A stretch of DNA of 63,470 nucleotides, counting the filler, from Squatina squatina (lineage: Eukaryota), in the NCBI GenBank assembly GCA_031763465.1. It is 3 parts of 3 records of this genome, joined end to end, with 100 filler letters (N's around TTAATTAATTAA, not from the genome) between each part and the next. Parts side by side here need not be neighbours in the genome. Positions count along the whole stretch, not along the records: positions 44,214 to 63,470 come from JARFOE010000149.1; 2 more parts are not named here. One strand, given 5' to 3'. The notes under the pieces are model-generated. The model had not been told where the DNA came from, did not search any database, and saw only the letters and a program-made list of their open reading frames with translations. Positions 62,160 to 63,470 of the stretch are shown piece by piece; position 1 is the first letter of the stretch; every line of letters starts with the position of its first letter. The position numbers and the translations under genes were made by a program.

Positions 62160-62464
62160 TAAGTGCCGTGTGGATGATCCATATCGGTCTCCTTCTGAGG
62201 TCCCCAACATCACAGAAGCTAGTCGCCAGCCAATTCGATTCACTCCACGTGACATCAAGAAATGGCTGAGCACACTGGATACAGCAAAATCAAGAAATGG
62301 CTGAGCACACTTGATACAGCAAAGGCAATGGGCTCCAACAACATCCCAGGTATAGTCCTGAAGACTTGTGCTCCAGAACTAGCCATGCCTCTAGCCAAGC
62401 TGTTCCAGTACACCTACAACACTGGCATCTGTCCGACAATGTGGAAAACTGCACAGGTATGTCC
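62160..62464 (+). mobile_element. LINE ORF2 fragment upstream of the RT core
   Basis: IKKWLSTLDTAKAMGSNNIPGIVLKTCAPELAMPLAKLFQ...WKTAQVC. Contains a 37-bp tandem duplication (atcaagaaatggctgagcacact.gatacagcaaa twice). Confidence 0.8.
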
Positions 62465-62799
62465 NNNNNNNNNNNNNNNNNNNNNNNNNNNNNNNNNNNN
62501 NNNNNNNNNNNNNNNNNNNNNNNNNNNNNNNNNNNNNNNNNNNNNNNNNNNNNNNNNNNNNNNNCAGGGAACGGAATGCAAGTTCAGGTCCAGGGCACTA
62601 CCGGTGCAATGCGAATGGTGATGACATCATGCATTCCGGGCGAAGGAGATCAGGGTATAATGCCGTACCGCTGCTGCAAGACTCCCCCTGAATGTAGCGG
62701 GAGTTGCTGATCTTGCTGCGCCCAGTTGCAAACCCATTTGCACCCCATTATCGTCCCCCAGAGGTGCTAACGAGAAGTGCAAAGGAGCCCAATTTTTAC

Positions 62800-63272
62800 C
62801 CCTGTTTTTCTATTCTAACCTCACATTTCCCCACATTATACGCCATCTAGCACCTTATTGCCCACTCACTTAAACTGCCTATATCCTTTTGCAGCCTTTT
62901 TGTTTCCTCTTCACAGCTTACTTTCCAACCTAGCTTTGTATCATCAACAAACTTGGCTAGATTACAGTTGGTCCCTTCATCTAAGTTATTAATATAAATT
63001 GTAAATAGCTGAGGCCCAAGTTCTGATCTTTGTGGCACCCCACTAGTCACAGACTACCAACCGGAAAATGGCCTGTTTATCCCTACTCCCTGTTTTCTGT
63101 TTGTTAACCAATTCTCTATCCATGCTAATATATTACTCCAACCACATGAGGCCTTACCTTGCGTAACAACCTTTCATGCAACACTTTATTGAATGCTTTT
63201 TGGAAATCCAGATATACTACATCCACTGGTTCCCCTTTATCTAACCTGCTAGTTACATCCTCAAAAAACTTT
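62800..63272 (-). mobile_element. CR1 RT fragment
   Basis: FFEDVTSRLDKGEPVDVVYLDFQKAFNKV and [24 protein letters not shown]. Confidence 0.88.
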
Positions 63273-63470
63273 AAGGGTGGCCAATTAGATTGCCCTGAGT
63301 TACTGCTGCTAAGGGACAATTTGGTGAGCGCAAAGTTCAGGTCTCGGAACCCTCCCTTTAAGGCCTGCAATTTGACACTTAGAAAAAAAAATTCTGACAG
63401 CTTTAAAAAACGTGCTAATTTCACGCTAAAGGCCACTTATTATCTTAGTTTATTTCAGCAGGCTAATTGT

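Noticed and set aside
1-63470. A functional cluster linking glycosyltransferase, peptidase, TSC22D and apolipoprotein genes
   Set aside because: Artificial linkers at 25075 and 44114 separate the blocks, so their proximity is not biological evidence.

Overview
Draft genomic DNA from a vertebrate, most likely a cartilaginous fish (inferred from shark-type CR1 LINEs, Deu-domain SINEs, Penelope and Harbinger relics). It is heavily gapped. Two artificial six-frame-stop linkers (N44-TTAATTAATTAA-N44) split it into three probably unrelated segments. Segment 1 (1-25074) has isolated exons of a B4GALT3-like galactosyltransferase (+), NAALAD2/FOLH1 (+), CHORDC1 (-) and an unidentified gene (-). Segment 2 (25175-44113) has the last exon of a TSC22-domain gene (-) and one unidentified exon (+). 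Segment 3 (44214-63470) has the 5' half of an APOA4-like gene (-), which appears to keep a 5'-UTR intron and a liver/gut-type promoter and is flanked by two large minisatellites. The rest is mostly decayed transposable elements. I found no convincing new biological system. The best leads are the 4-exon APOA4-like gene, a B4GALT3-like paralog at the NAALAD2-CHORDC1 locus, two orphan exons, a hAT MITE with an internal hairpin, and a 3.4-kb higher-order repeat. Homologies were recognised from memory of protein and repeat families, not from database searches, and repeat boundaries are approximate.
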